Part shown: one piece after another, positions 21,194 to 30,585 of the stretch
Layout of the letters: each line of letters begins with the position of its first letter
Position numbering within the stretch: the stretch's first letter is position 1
NCBI GenBank assembly: GCA_963668315.1
Contig: OY764216.1
Coordinates: 2,080,001-2,144,000, forward strand
DNA: 64,000 nucleotides
From: Spirochaetia bacterium
Lineage (GTDB): Bacteria > Spirochaetota > Spirochaetia > DSM-2461
Reading direction: 5' to 3'
The notes under the pieces: generated by a model
What the model was told of the DNA's origin: nothing
What the model saw: only the letters and a program-made list of their open reading frames with translations
Database searches by the model: none
Program-made: the position numbers and the translations under genes

Positions 21194-21733
21194 ATGAGAT
21201 TACAGACCGAGAGATTGATAATCAGCCACCCCCGTAAGAAGGATGCCTTCGACGTATATGCCCATAGGACCGATATCCGGGCAAATATCTTCACCGGCGG
21301 CGTTCCCAGTCTATCATGGCCCGATTTTGAAGCGAGTTATCAGGCTCGCTGTGACAGGAAAGACGCAAAAAAAGAGCATCTTTACTCTGTCATTCTGAAG
21401 CAATCGGATAAATACATAGGCTATTGCGGTTTCCAGTACTGTGATACATTGGGGGGCGTGGAGCTTCTGTACGGATATTCCTCCCACTACTGGGGAAACG
21501 GCTATGCCCTGGAGGCGGCAGAGGCTATGCTCTCTTACGGATTTGATTCTCTGGGCTATGAATCGATTGAAGCGGCTGTGAATCCGAAGAATCCCGGTTC
21601 CGAGAGAATCCTGGTAAAAATCGGCATGACCTTTATTTCTGAAATAGAGTGGCCTGAACAGGGCCTCGTGCATAAATACGCTATCACGAAGGAGGAGTTC
21701 GACCGCCGAACTGTTCCCGGAGGAAGCCTGTGA
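21194..21733 (+). CDS. RimJ/RimL-type GNAT acetyltransferase
   Basis: TAAGGAG SD; MRLQTERL, YWGNGYALEAA, NPGSERILVKIGM. Confidence 0.88.
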   Translation: MRLQTERLIISHPRKKDAFDVYAHRTDIRANIFTGGVPSLSWPDFEASYQARCDRKDAKKEHLYSVILKQSDKYIGYCGFQYCDTLGGVELLYGYSSHYWGNGYALEAAEAMLSYGFDSLGYESIEAAVNPKNPGSERILVKIGMTFISEIEWPEQGLVHKYAITKEEFDRRTVPGGSL

Positions 21734-22179
21734 TTGAGGATTTTATACCCGGTCAGGAGGAGGCGCTCTCACCTATGATTCAGAAAATATTCGACGAATT
21801 CATCGGTGGGGAATACTCCCGGGAAGGAAAGGAAACTTTCCGCCGGTTTATCGATTCCTCCGCATTGAGGGAGAGGTTCGAAGGGGGAAACATAATCCTC
21901 GTCGCCCGGAAAGAAGAAAGGATCATCGGTATCATAGAGATACGGGATATGAGCCATGTCTGTCTGTTTTTTGTCGATTCCGATTTCCACGGCAGAGGGA
22001 TCGGACGGCAGTTAATGGATGAGGCGGTTAAGCGTATTTCCGGCAAATCCTCCTTTCTCACCGTCAGATCCTCTACTTATGCCCTGCCGGCCTATGAAAA
22101 GCTTGGATTCACGAGAACGGGGGAGGAGCAGAGGCAGGACGGTATTCTCTCCATTCCCATGAAACGGTTGTTCCCGTGA
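21730..22179 (+). CDS. GNAT family acetyltransferase
   Basis: LFFVDSDFHGRGIGRQL, ALPAYEKLGF. Confidence 0.9.
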   Translation: MIEDFIPGQEEALSPMIQKIFDEFIGGEYSREGKETFRRFIDSSALRERFEGGNIILVARKEERIIGIIEIRDMSHVCLFFVDSDFHGRGIGRQLMDEAVKRISGKSSFLTVRSSTYALPAYEKLGFTRTGEEQRQDGILSIPMKRLFP

Positions 22180-22273
22180 GTGACTGCTCCGGCGGCCTTT
22201 CAGCTTCACAATAAATACAAAACTAAATTGATGATGAATATTAAAAGCGTGGTATAATGCTCTTTACAAAACG

Positions 22274-22468
22274 ATGTTAATTTTTCGTAAATCCGACAGC
22301 GACCATCTGATCCTTCAGGATCCTCTGACCCATCTGAAAAGGAGCCTATCCCCTGATGAGGCGGATGAGGTTATACGATTTATCCCCCAGCTCCGCGATC
22401 CCAAGGTTGATTCCTGGCTCATCACCGACCTGCCTTCGGAACTGGAAAAAATGCGGAGTCGGGATTGA
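22274..22468 (+). CDS. Possible small protein (64 aa)
   Basis: Fills an intergenic gap and follows TGgTATAAT (22250-22258); no SD and no recognised motif. Confidence 0.35.
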   Translation: MLIFRKSDSDHLILQDPLTHLKRSLSPDEADEVIRFIPQLRDPKVDSWLITDLPSELEKMRSRD

Positions 22469-22550
22469 CCGGGACGGAGTTTCATCGGCTTCTGGGATGA
22501 ACTTCTCTGCTTTTAACAGGAAATTCGTTCCCGATTTTTCCAGCGGCAGT

Positions 22551-23015
22551 TCAGCTCAGCTTTTTCTCCATGCATACCGATTCGCTCATCTGCACGTAGG
22601 GACCGTAATTGTCCCTTACTTGGAAACCGATGGATTTATAGAGACCCATGGCTGTTTTCAGAATATTTCCCGTCTCAAGGTAAAACGTATCGTATCCGGC
22701 TTTGAGCGCCTTCTTTTCAAGTTCTCCCATAAGTTTTTTTGAGAGTCCCCGTCCCCGGTATTCGTCCCTGACGAATACCCTCTTAATTTCGGCAATTCCC
22801 TTCCCATAAAATTTGAAGCTTCCGCAAGCCACGGGCGTTTTCTCGTCATAGATAAGCACCACGTCATGAATATCATTCAGCTGGTTGTACTGATCGTATT
22901 GCTCCCTCTGGATCGCTCCTCCCACCGCCTCATTAAGATGGGCATCGAGAAGCCGGCATAAACTGATAAAGTCCGGATCTCCTCCGTCCGTATGTACTAT
23001 TTTCAACTTTACCAT
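22551..23015 (-). CDS. GNAT family acetyltransferase
   Basis: AEIKRVFVRDEYRGRGLS, LETG, LYKSIGF, NYGPY. Confidence 0.9.
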   Translation of the reverse strand: MVKLKIVHTDGGDPDFISLCRLLDAHLNEAVGGAIQREQYDQYNQLNDIHDVVLIYDEKTPVACGSFKFYGKGIAEIKRVFVRDEYRGRGLSKKLMGELEKKALKAGYDTFYLETGNILKTAMGLYKSIGFQVRDNYGPYVQMSESVCMEKKLS

Positions 23016-23017
23016 GG

Positions 23018-23815
23018 TTATCCTCTCTTTCGGCAAATAACAAGATTATGACAGCTGGCTCCGAGACTGGAAGGAAGCTCCGCCATATGGAAATGGAACT
23101 GCCGCAAATCAGAGAATTCCTCTTCACCCATCTCTTCCACCCGCTTCTTGAACATGGTGTAAGGGCCGTCGGCAGCCACATGGGAGAGAAGGGCAATATC
23201 ATGGCAGGAGAGCTCCTCTTCCATGATTTCCGGGGTGGAAAAGTAGCTGATATTCATGAAATCATCGGGGAATCTGTGATTTTCCCATGCTTCCGATTCC
23301 ATCGCCTGATAATCGTCCTTACCGAAAACGATTCCCAGGGACTGCATATAGGCGAGGGCGAAAACCCGGTTGATATAGGCAAAGGCTATTATCCCCCCGG
23401 TTTTGGTTATTCTAACCGCTTCTCCGATGCTTCGGTCCCGATCCGCCCTGTTCCGCAGATGGTAAAGAGGCCCGAGGCACAGGGTGGCATCAAACTGATT
23501 ATCCCCGATGGTTTCCATATCCTTCGCATCAAGCTCCCGGCATTGAAGGTTTTCCGTCTGTTCCGCCTCTATCAGCTTCCCGATAGCGAGGACGTTTTCC
23601 CGTACGATATCCGTTGCCAGTACTTTGTGACCCAGTCGTGAGAAGTAACAGGAATAAACACCGTGGCCCGCTCCGAGTTCAATGATTTTGCATTCGGGCT
23701 TTATAAATTTCTCAATAAAGCGGCAGGTCGTATGGAACTCCAGGGAATTGGCCCTGGAAGAGAATAATCTGTCCCCTTCGATGGTGTTGCTGTAATGGAA
23801 ATCGAGAGCTGTCAT
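23018..23815 (-). CDS. Class I SAM-dependent methyltransferase
   Basis: IIELGAGHGVYS, FDATLCLGPLYHL. Confidence 0.9.
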   Translation of the reverse strand: MTALDFHYSNTIEGDRLFSSRANSLEFHTTCRFIEKFIKPECKIIELGAGHGVYSCYFSRLGHKVLATDIVRENVLAIGKLIEAEQTENLQCRELDAKDMETIGDNQFDATLCLGPLYHLRNRADRDRSIGEAVRITKTGGIIAFAYINRVFALAYMQSLGIVFGKDDYQAMESEAWENHRFPDDFMNISYFSTPEIMEEELSCHDIALLSHVAADGPYTMFKKRVEEMGEEEFSDLRQFHFHMAELPSSLGASCHNLVICRKRG

Positions 23816-23872
23816 ATCATATATTACATTCGCCGTTTATTAATGACAACGGGAAATAGTAACTTTATTCCC

Positions 23873-24301
23873 TTAAAGTACCTTTTCAAGAAGGCGGACC
23901 GCTGTTTCCACGCAGGGAGCGCAGATACTCTGCTTCAAGCCGTTCTCCTGGAAATAAGCTTCTCCCTCTTCGGTCAGGAAGTCGCAGCCTGTCAGCTCTC
24001 TGCACTCCGCCGATCCATGAATCCCCTCGAAGCTTTTGGTAAATTCCCGGACCTTCAGATACTGGCTGTCCCTCTCTTCCTTGCTCTCCGCGACGGGAGT
24101 CGTAAGGCCGATTACCATATAGGCGCCGGTCAGAGCTCCGCAGGTGTACTGCTGCCGGCTCATGCCCGAACCGAAGGAGGAGGCAGACCTTTTTATCTGA
24201 TCTTCATTTAGGTCGATTTTATCCTGAAAAGCCAGAACCACAGACTGGGCGCAGCTGCAGCCGTTATTGAAGAACTCAATCGCTTTTTCGCTTTTTTCCA
24301 T
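23873..24301 (-). CDS. C-GCAxxG-C-C family putative redox protein
   Basis: CAQSV, FGSGM, TCGALTGA, CRELTG, CAPCV; start at the GAGG-preceded ATG. Confidence 0.85.
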   Translation of the reverse strand: MEKSEKAIEFFNNGCSCAQSVVLAFQDKIDLNEDQIKRSASSFGSGMSRQQYTCGALTGAYMVIGLTTPVAESKEERDSQYLKVREFTKSFEGIHGSAECRELTGCDFLTEEGEAYFQENGLKQSICAPCVETAVRLLEKVL

Positions 24302-24412
24302 ATTCCTCTCCTGCATCATTCTTACCCGGTTAGCCGCAAATTGTAAATAGCTTTTTTTTCGTTGACCGGTGGAATTATTCTCTTTATAGTAATCAGCGGA
24401 GAGTTTACTGTT

Positions 24413-26740
24413 ATGAAAAAAAGGGAAAATGAACCGGAAAATCCGTCTGCCGTCAAAACCCGTAAACGGGGAAAAGTCTTCTACCGTCTGCTGTTCTCCT
24501 ACTTCGTCATTCTTCTTATTCCCCTGATGCTCAGTCTGGCCGTCTACCGCCAAACCCATTTTCTTCTGCGTCAGGAAGCCGAAAGGGCCAACGAACTCCT
24601 GCTGAATCAGATGAAAGCCTATTGCGACGAGGCGGTGAAGGATGCCCTTTCCATTACCTCCCTTGTCTCAAATAATGACAGGCTCAAGGGACTTATTTAT
24701 GAGAAAGGACCGGTGAACAGCAATATCTACTACCGTTCCTATTCGGCGGTGAAGGATTTTTCCGACTATCTGCTGGCCAACCGCAATATCCTTTCGTTCT
24801 GCGTCTATATCAAGGCGCTGGATCTTATGATCTCTCCCTTCGGATTTTACAGTACGGAAAGCTATTACGAGAATGTCCTCAACGGAATAGACTATACCTA
24901 CGACGAGTGGCTTTCCTATTTTACCGAGATCAGGGGAAGGTATTACTCCCCCTTTAAGACGATGGATCTTTCGGTAAAGCAGAAGGACACTCTGGCCGTT
25001 TTCTCTCCCATTCCCAATACGGAGATCATGGGAAACGCCCGGGGGGCCTGCGTCGTGGAGCTGGACTTGTCCCTTTTCACCAATCTGATGAAAGACACCG
25101 TGTGGACGGACAGGAGCATCCTGGCCATCTATGACAGGGACAGGGGCATACTTGCCTCCTCCCGGGAGGAGATCTCCCAGGAGGCATTAAATGAAAAGGT
25201 CAGTACCCCCGAGCTTTTCGACGGTTCCCTTGATACGCTGGAATGGGGTGACATGAAATACGCTGTCCTGGTCACCCGGTCGGATGTGGTGCCCTGGTCA
25301 TATATCTCCCTCATTCCCGAGGATATTTATAACGATATGTTCATCCGTCTCTTCAGGCTGTATATCCTGTTTTTTCTCTTTTTTTCCCTGATCGGGGGAT
25401 TGCTGGTATTCCTTACGGCCAGAAACAGGTACAAACCCATTCAGGATATCCTCAAGCTCATACAGCCGGAAGGGAAGGGGGATATCACCCTCTCCAACGA
25501 TGAATATAATTTGATTTCCCGCGGAATTCAGCTGACTCTGGATGAGGATAACCGGCTGAGGCAGGAGATGAAAGCCAACCAGCCCATCCTGCAGCAGAGG
25601 GAGATGCGCCGGCTTCTGAAGGGGGAGATTCTCTGGGACCCGGCGGAAGAAGAGAGAAGCCGGAAACTGGGACTCTCCTTTCCGAAGAATTACTTCCTCC
25701 TCGTTCTCATGGATATTGAACTGGAAGAGGATGCCCCTCCTTCTCTCATGGCTGAGTGTCTCAGCTTGATGCAGTCCCGGGACGTGATTAATGAGGACAC
25801 CTTTCTTATCAAAGATCTGGACGGTCACGTGGGTTATTTCATCAATCGGGATAAAAGCAGCTACTACGAGATTCTGGAGATGATGACCTGCGTCAGGGAA
25901 GAGATTGAGGAGATGTACTCCGTAGCCGTGGCTATCGGCCTGAGCCGTATACACGACCGGTCGGAGGGGTTCAAGATTCTCTACCGGGAGGCCCTGAGGG
26001 CACTGGAATACCGTCTGGTCAAGGGGCGTTCCGTTCCTATTCTCTACGATGATATTCTTAAGAGCACCCATACCTATTATTATCCCCTCGATGAGGAGAG
26101 AAAATTCATAGCCGCCATCCGGTCCGGTTCGGAACAGGACGCCTTCGATATCCTGGATCATATCCTGAAAACGAATTTCGATGGAACGCACCCCATGTCC
26201 GTGGAGATGGCCCGGTGCCTCATGCATGATCTGATCGCTACTCTGGTGAAAGGTCTGGAGTCCTATCTCAGCGAGGAGACGAATTTCTGGTTTGAGCTGA
26301 GGCCTATTCACCGCCTTACGGCCTGCAAGTCCTTTGAGTCTCTGAAAGTCGAGATGGAAGATATCCTTTACCATGTCTGCAACTATATTAAGAAAGGGCA
26401 GAAAAGCCATAACGAGAAACTTAAGGATGAAATCATGGTGTTCGTGGAGGAGCATTATGCCGATCCCGGTCTCTGCGCCGATATGATCGCCGATCAATTT
26501 GAGAGGAATTCGGCTTATCTGGCGCGTTTTTTTAAGGAGCAGGCGGGTCTGGGGCTTGCCGCTCACATCAAACACCTCCGGGTACAGAAGAGTCTTGCCC
26601 TGCTGGAGGATGATAAGAAAACAGTGGCTACCATGGCCGGAGAGCTGGGTTTTTCCAATACCAATGCCTATATCCGCGCCTTCAAGGAAAACATGGGCAT
26701 CACTCCCGGGCAGTACAGAGAAAAAAGACTGATAGGGTGA
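24413..26740 (+). CDS. Membrane-anchored AraC-family regulator with extracytoplasmic sensor domain
   Basis: Two TM segments, a large loop and a C-terminal AraC HTH (YLARFFKEQAG, LGFSNTNAYIRAFK, GITPGQYR). Confidence 0.88.
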   Translation: MKKRENEPENPSAVKTRKRGKVFYRLLFSYFVILLIPLMLSLAVYRQTHFLLRQEAERANELLLNQMKAYCDEAVKDALSITSLVSNNDRLKGLIYEKGPVNSNIYYRSYSAVKDFSDYLLANRNILSFCVYIKALDLMISPFGFYSTESYYENVLNGIDYTYDEWLSYFTEIRGRYYSPFKTMDLSVKQKDTLAVFSPIPNTEIMGNARGACVVELDLSLFTNLMKDTVWTDRSILAIYDRDRGILASSREEISQEALNEKVSTPELFDGSLDTLEWGDMKYAVLVTRSDVVPWSYISLIPEDIYNDMFIRLFRLYILFFLFFSLIGGLLVFLTARNRYKPIQDILKLIQPEGKGDITLSNDEYNLISRGIQLTLDEDNRLRQEMKANQPILQQREMRRLLKGEILWDPAEEERSRKLGLSFPKNYFLLVLMDIELEEDAPPSLMAECLSLMQSRDVINEDTFLIKDLDGHVGYFINRDKSSYYEILEMMTCVREEIEEMYSVAVAIGLSRIHDRSEGFKILYREALRALEYRLVKGRSVPILYDDILKSTHTYYYPLDEERKFIAAIRSGSEQDAFDILDHILKTNFDGTHPMSVEMARCLMHDLIATLVKGLESYLSEETNFWFELRPIHRLTACKSFESLKVEMEDILYHVCNYIKKGQKSHNEKLKDEIMVFVEEHYADPGLCADMIADQFERNSAYLARFFKEQAGLGLAAHIKHLRVQKSLALLEDDKKTVATMAGELGFSNTNAYIRAFKENMGITPGQYREKRLIG

Positions 26741-26945
26741 TTTTTCTTCGGAATTATCCATCAATAACAGCAAAGGGCGATAGGATATTCTATAGAATTG
26801 CCTATGAACCTGTGTTTTTGAATACCCCTGTCTTTCTTTACGGCCAGGGATCTTCGAAAACAGTTATTTACAGATGAACAAAGCCCCTGCCATAATTTCC
26901 TTGGTTTCCCGAGGGGGAACTAAACTTATTAATTGGAGAGTTTTT

Positions 26946-28553
26946 ATGAAAAAATTACTGCTTTTCTTGCTGATTTCCTTCCTGACGGCGGGAATGACAT
27001 TTGCCAACGGCAAGGATGACTCCGCGTCATCCGATGCCCGGGAACTGACTATCTGGGAGGGATTGAGCGAACATATTTCGGTAACCTATCCCACTCTGGA
27101 CGATACGCCCCTCTATAAGGAGATGCAGAAACGATTGAATATTGACGTTACCTGGATTCATCCCCCCCAGGGGCAGGATAACGAGAATTTCAATCTGATG
27201 ATCGCCTCAAACGAACTTCCCGACATCATCTACCGGGAATGGCTCGGCGGTTATCCCGGCGGTCCCGAAAAAGCCATCAGCGACGGGGTTATTCTCAAGC
27301 ACAACGACATCCTCAAGCAGTACGCACCCAACTATATGTCCTATGTGAACACCCACCCCGAATCGGCCAAGCAGATTAAAACCGATGCGGGAACCATGTA
27401 CGGATTCAATTTTTTCCGCAGCCCCGATGGTGATCTGGACCTGACCGTCTTCTACGGTCCCCAGATCAGAAAGGACTGGCTTGACGATCTCGGGCTGGAC
27501 GTTCCCGAAACCATCGATGACTGGGAAGATGTGCTCACCGCCTTCAAAGAGAGCGGAAAGACCGATTCTCCCCTGGGATTCACAAAGATCGGCCTGGGCC
27601 GTTCGGTTATCGATCCGGCCAACCAGGGTGTTTTCGTTCAGGCCTTCAAGACTTCCTACGATTTTTACATCGCCGATTCCGGGGAAGTCCGCTTCGGACC
27701 TCTCGATCCCCAGTTCAAGGATTTTCTTATCCTGTTCAAAGACTGGTATGAAAAGGGGCTTGTCGATCCGGAATTCATCTCCTGCGAGAGAAAAGCTTTT
27801 GACGCGAAAGTCGTCAATGGCGACATCGGCGCCTGGGTCTCCTTTACCAACTCCGGTATCGGCGCCTATCTGGACGTTATGAAGAATTCCCCCGAGCCCT
27901 TTGACATCGCACCCACTCCCTATCCGGTTCTCAAATCGGGCGACGTCCCTTTCCTGGGACAGATGGATGCCCTGGGCCGCTCCGAAGCCATGTCCATCAC
28001 ACCCCAGTGCGACAATATTCCCCTGGCCTGCGAATGGCTTGACTACGGCTATGCCGGAGAGGGTCTTGAACTCATGAACTACGGTATAGAAGGAGAGAGC
28101 TTCAACTGGGTTACCGATTTCCCCGGATTCGAGGGGCAGAGATGGCCCGAGTATACCGATCTGATCATGGATAATCCCGAGGGAAAAACCAAGGCCCAGA
28201 TGGGTTACATCTATACCAGGGCCTTCTACTCCGGCCCCACCATCCAGCAGTGGCCCTATCTCTACCAGTACGCCGAAAGGCCCGCCCAGAGAAAAGCCAT
28301 CGAATTGTGGGCCGAGGCCGACGCCGAAACCCATCAGCTTCCCCCGATCTCCGCCACTGCGGAAGAAGCGGAGGATCTGGCTACCATCATGTCCGAGATC
28401 AACACCTACCGGGAAGAGATGCTCATCAAGTTTATCACCGGCCAGGAACCCCTTTCCAATTTCGGAGCCTTCCAGGACCGCCTGAAAAAAATGAACATTG
28501 AAAGGGCCATCGAAATCAAGCAGGCCGGTCTCGACCGGTACAACGCCCGTTAA
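26946..28553 (+). CDS. Carbohydrate ABC transporter solute-binding protein
   Basis: Signal peptide MKKLLL...FANG; FNLMIASNELPDI, IRKDWLDDLGLDVPETIDDW. Confidence 0.9.
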   Translation: MKKLLLFLLISFLTAGMTFANGKDDSASSDARELTIWEGLSEHISVTYPTLDDTPLYKEMQKRLNIDVTWIHPPQGQDNENFNLMIASNELPDIIYREWLGGYPGGPEKAISDGVILKHNDILKQYAPNYMSYVNTHPESAKQIKTDAGTMYGFNFFRSPDGDLDLTVFYGPQIRKDWLDDLGLDVPETIDDWEDVLTAFKESGKTDSPLGFTKIGLGRSVIDPANQGVFVQAFKTSYDFYIADSGEVRFGPLDPQFKDFLILFKDWYEKGLVDPEFISCERKAFDAKVVNGDIGAWVSFTNSGIGAYLDVMKNSPEPFDIAPTPYPVLKSGDVPFLGQMDALGRSEAMSITPQCDNIPLACEWLDYGYAGEGLELMNYGIEGESFNWVTDFPGFEGQRWPEYTDLIMDNPEGKTKAQMGYIYTRAFYSGPTIQQWPYLYQYAERPAQRKAIELWAEADAETHQLPPISATAEEAEDLATIMSEINTYREEMLIKFITGQEPLSNFGAFQDRLKKMNIERAIEIKQAGLDRYNAR

Positions 28554-28568
28554 TTTACCCGATCCCAT

Positions 28569-28590
28569 CCCCGGTCCGGAGGGACCGGGG
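28569..28590 (+). other. Intercistronic stem-loop after the SBP gene
   Basis: CCCCGGTCC-ggag-GGACCGGGG without a U-tract; probably an mRNA-stabilising hairpin. Confidence 0.6.
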
Positions 28591-28627
28591 CTTCCTTAAA
28601 ACCCATATTTACTCACAGGAAGAGAAA

Positions 28628-29596
28628 ATGAATAAAAAAAATGCAAGGACAGAGCTCCGTTCCTCCCGGCCGAAAATCGGTCAGGCCGGTTACGGGACGA
28701 TGCTCAGAAAGGATTTCCTGAAAAACAAATACGTCTACCTGATGGCCCTTCCCGTGGTCCTTTACTATATTCTGTTCCACTACATGCCCATGTACGGCGT
28801 AATTATTTCCTTCAAGAAATTTACCCCCGCTCTGGGGGTGGGCAAGTCCCCCTGGGTAGGTTTCAAATACTTTCATGATTTTTTCAACGCCTACTATTTC
28901 TGGCGTCTGATCCGGAATACGCTGCTCCTCAGCATCAATAATCTGATCTGGGGATTTCCCGCTCCCATCATTCTGGCCCTGCTCATCAATGAAGTGAAAA
29001 ACAACGGCTACAAGCGGGTCGTACAGAGCCTGACCTACATTCCCCACTTCATCTCCGTGGTGGTCGTCTGCGGCCTTCTCCTGGAGTTTTCCCAGCTCTC
29101 CGGGCTTTTTAACGACATAACTTCTTTCTTCGGTTTTGAAAGGGTGGCTTTCTTTCAGGAACCCCGTTTTTTCCGTCTTTTCTACATCGGTTCCGGGGTG
29201 TGGCAGGAAGTGGGCTGGGGTACCATCATCTACCTGGCGGCCCTGTCCGCCATCGATCCTCAGATTTATGAAGCGGCCACAATCGACGGGGCCGGCCGGT
29301 GGAGGAAGATGCAGTTCATCACTCTGCCTTCCATTGTGCCCACCATCATGATCCTCTTTATCATGCGCATGGGAACTATGCTTACCGTAGGGCACGAGAA
29401 GATTATTCTTCTCTACAATCCCACCATTTATGAAACGGCCGACGTCATATCCACCTTCGTCTACCGGAAGGGGCTTCTCGAATTCAACTGGAGCTACAGC
29501 ACGGCTGTGGGGCTTTTCAACTCGGCTATCAACTTCGCTTTGCTCGTCGTCACCAACCGTATCAGTGCCAAAGTCTCTGAAACGAGTCTCTGGTAG
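28628..29596 (+). CDS. Carbohydrate ABC transporter permease (LplB-like)
   Basis: YEAATIDGAGRWRK EAA loop; PHFISVVV. Confidence 0.92.
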   Translation: MNKKNARTELRSSRPKIGQAGYGTMLRKDFLKNKYVYLMALPVVLYYILFHYMPMYGVIISFKKFTPALGVGKSPWVGFKYFHDFFNAYYFWRLIRNTLLLSINNLIWGFPAPIILALLINEVKNNGYKRVVQSLTYIPHFISVVVVCGLLLEFSQLSGLFNDITSFFGFERVAFFQEPRFFRLFYIGSGVWQEVGWGTIIYLAALSAIDPQIYEAATIDGAGRWRKMQFITLPSIVPTIMILFIMRMGTMLTVGHEKIILLYNPTIYETADVISTFVYRKGLLEFNWSYSTAVGLFNSAINFALLVVTNRISAKVSETSLW

Positions 29597-29607
29597 GAGG
29601 ACCCAAT

Positions 29608-30501
29608 ATGTCACAATTGAATAAACGAACCCCGGGAGAACTGGTCTTCGATGTGTTTAATCACCTTTTTCTGGCCTTCCTGTGTTTCATTATGCTCTAT
29701 CCCCTCTATTATGTCCTGGTCGCCTCATTAAGCGACGGGGCCCTCTTCATGGCCCATACGGGTATCCTCTGGAAACCCCTGGGATTCAGTACGGCCGCAT
29801 ATAAAATGGTTTTCACCAATCCCATGATCATCCGGGGGTTTATCAACTCCGTCTATCTGGTTATTGTGGGAACGGCAGTTAACCTCCTTATGACATCCTT
29901 CGCCGCCTATGTCCTTTCCCGGAAGGACGTCTACTGGAAGGGTTTTCTCATGAAAATGTCCGTTTTCACCATGTTCTTCCAGGGCGGACTGGTTCCCCTT
30001 TACCTGCAGATAAGAAATCTGGGCCTCCTGGACTCCTACTGGTCCATCATTCTCACCTTTGCCATAAGCACTTACAATATGATTATCATGAGAACCTATT
30101 TCCTCGGCATCCCCGATTCCCTGGAAGAATCGGCCCGGATGGACGGAGCCAATGATTTTGTCATTCTGTTCCGTATCATCCTTCCCGTCTCCATGCCCGT
30201 GGTCGCCACGATGATACTCTTCTACGGAGTTTCCCGGTGGAACGGATATTTCTATGTCATGATTTTTCTGCGGGACCGGATCAAATACCCCATATCCCTG
30301 ATCCTCCGTGAAATCCTGGTGGCCAATTCGGTGGACACCATGATGGACAGCAGCGGTTCGGGTATGTCCGATGCGGAACGGATCGCCGATACCATCAAGT
30401 TCGCCACCACCATCATTGCCACCGTGCCCATTCTGTTCGTATATCCCTTCCTTCAGAAGCATTTTGTCAAAGGAGTCATGATCGGATCGGTTAAAGGATA
30501 G
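29608..30501 (+). CDS. Carbohydrate ABC transporter permease (LplC-like)
   Basis: SLEESARMDGA; YPFLQKHFVKGVMIGSVKG. Confidence 0.92.
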   Translation: MSQLNKRTPGELVFDVFNHLFLAFLCFIMLYPLYYVLVASLSDGALFMAHTGILWKPLGFSTAAYKMVFTNPMIIRGFINSVYLVIVGTAVNLLMTSFAAYVLSRKDVYWKGFLMKMSVFTMFFQGGLVPLYLQIRNLGLLDSYWSIILTFAISTYNMIIMRTYFLGIPDSLEESARMDGANDFVILFRIILPVSMPVVATMILFYGVSRWNGYFYVMIFLRDRIKYPISLILREILVANSVDTMMDSSGSGMSDAERIADTIKFATTIIATVPILFVYPFLQKHFVKGVMIGSVKG

Positions 30502-30585
30502 ACTATTTGGGAAATTCATATTAAATTAATGTCCTTTCCTGTGCAAAAGTGCTATCTATAGTTGTTACATAGGAAAGGAGTTATC

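Noticed and set aside
17949..22179. GNAT cluster as an integron cassette array
   Set aside because: The genes overlap or abut, and the gaps contain no RYYYAAC...GTTRRRY palindromes.
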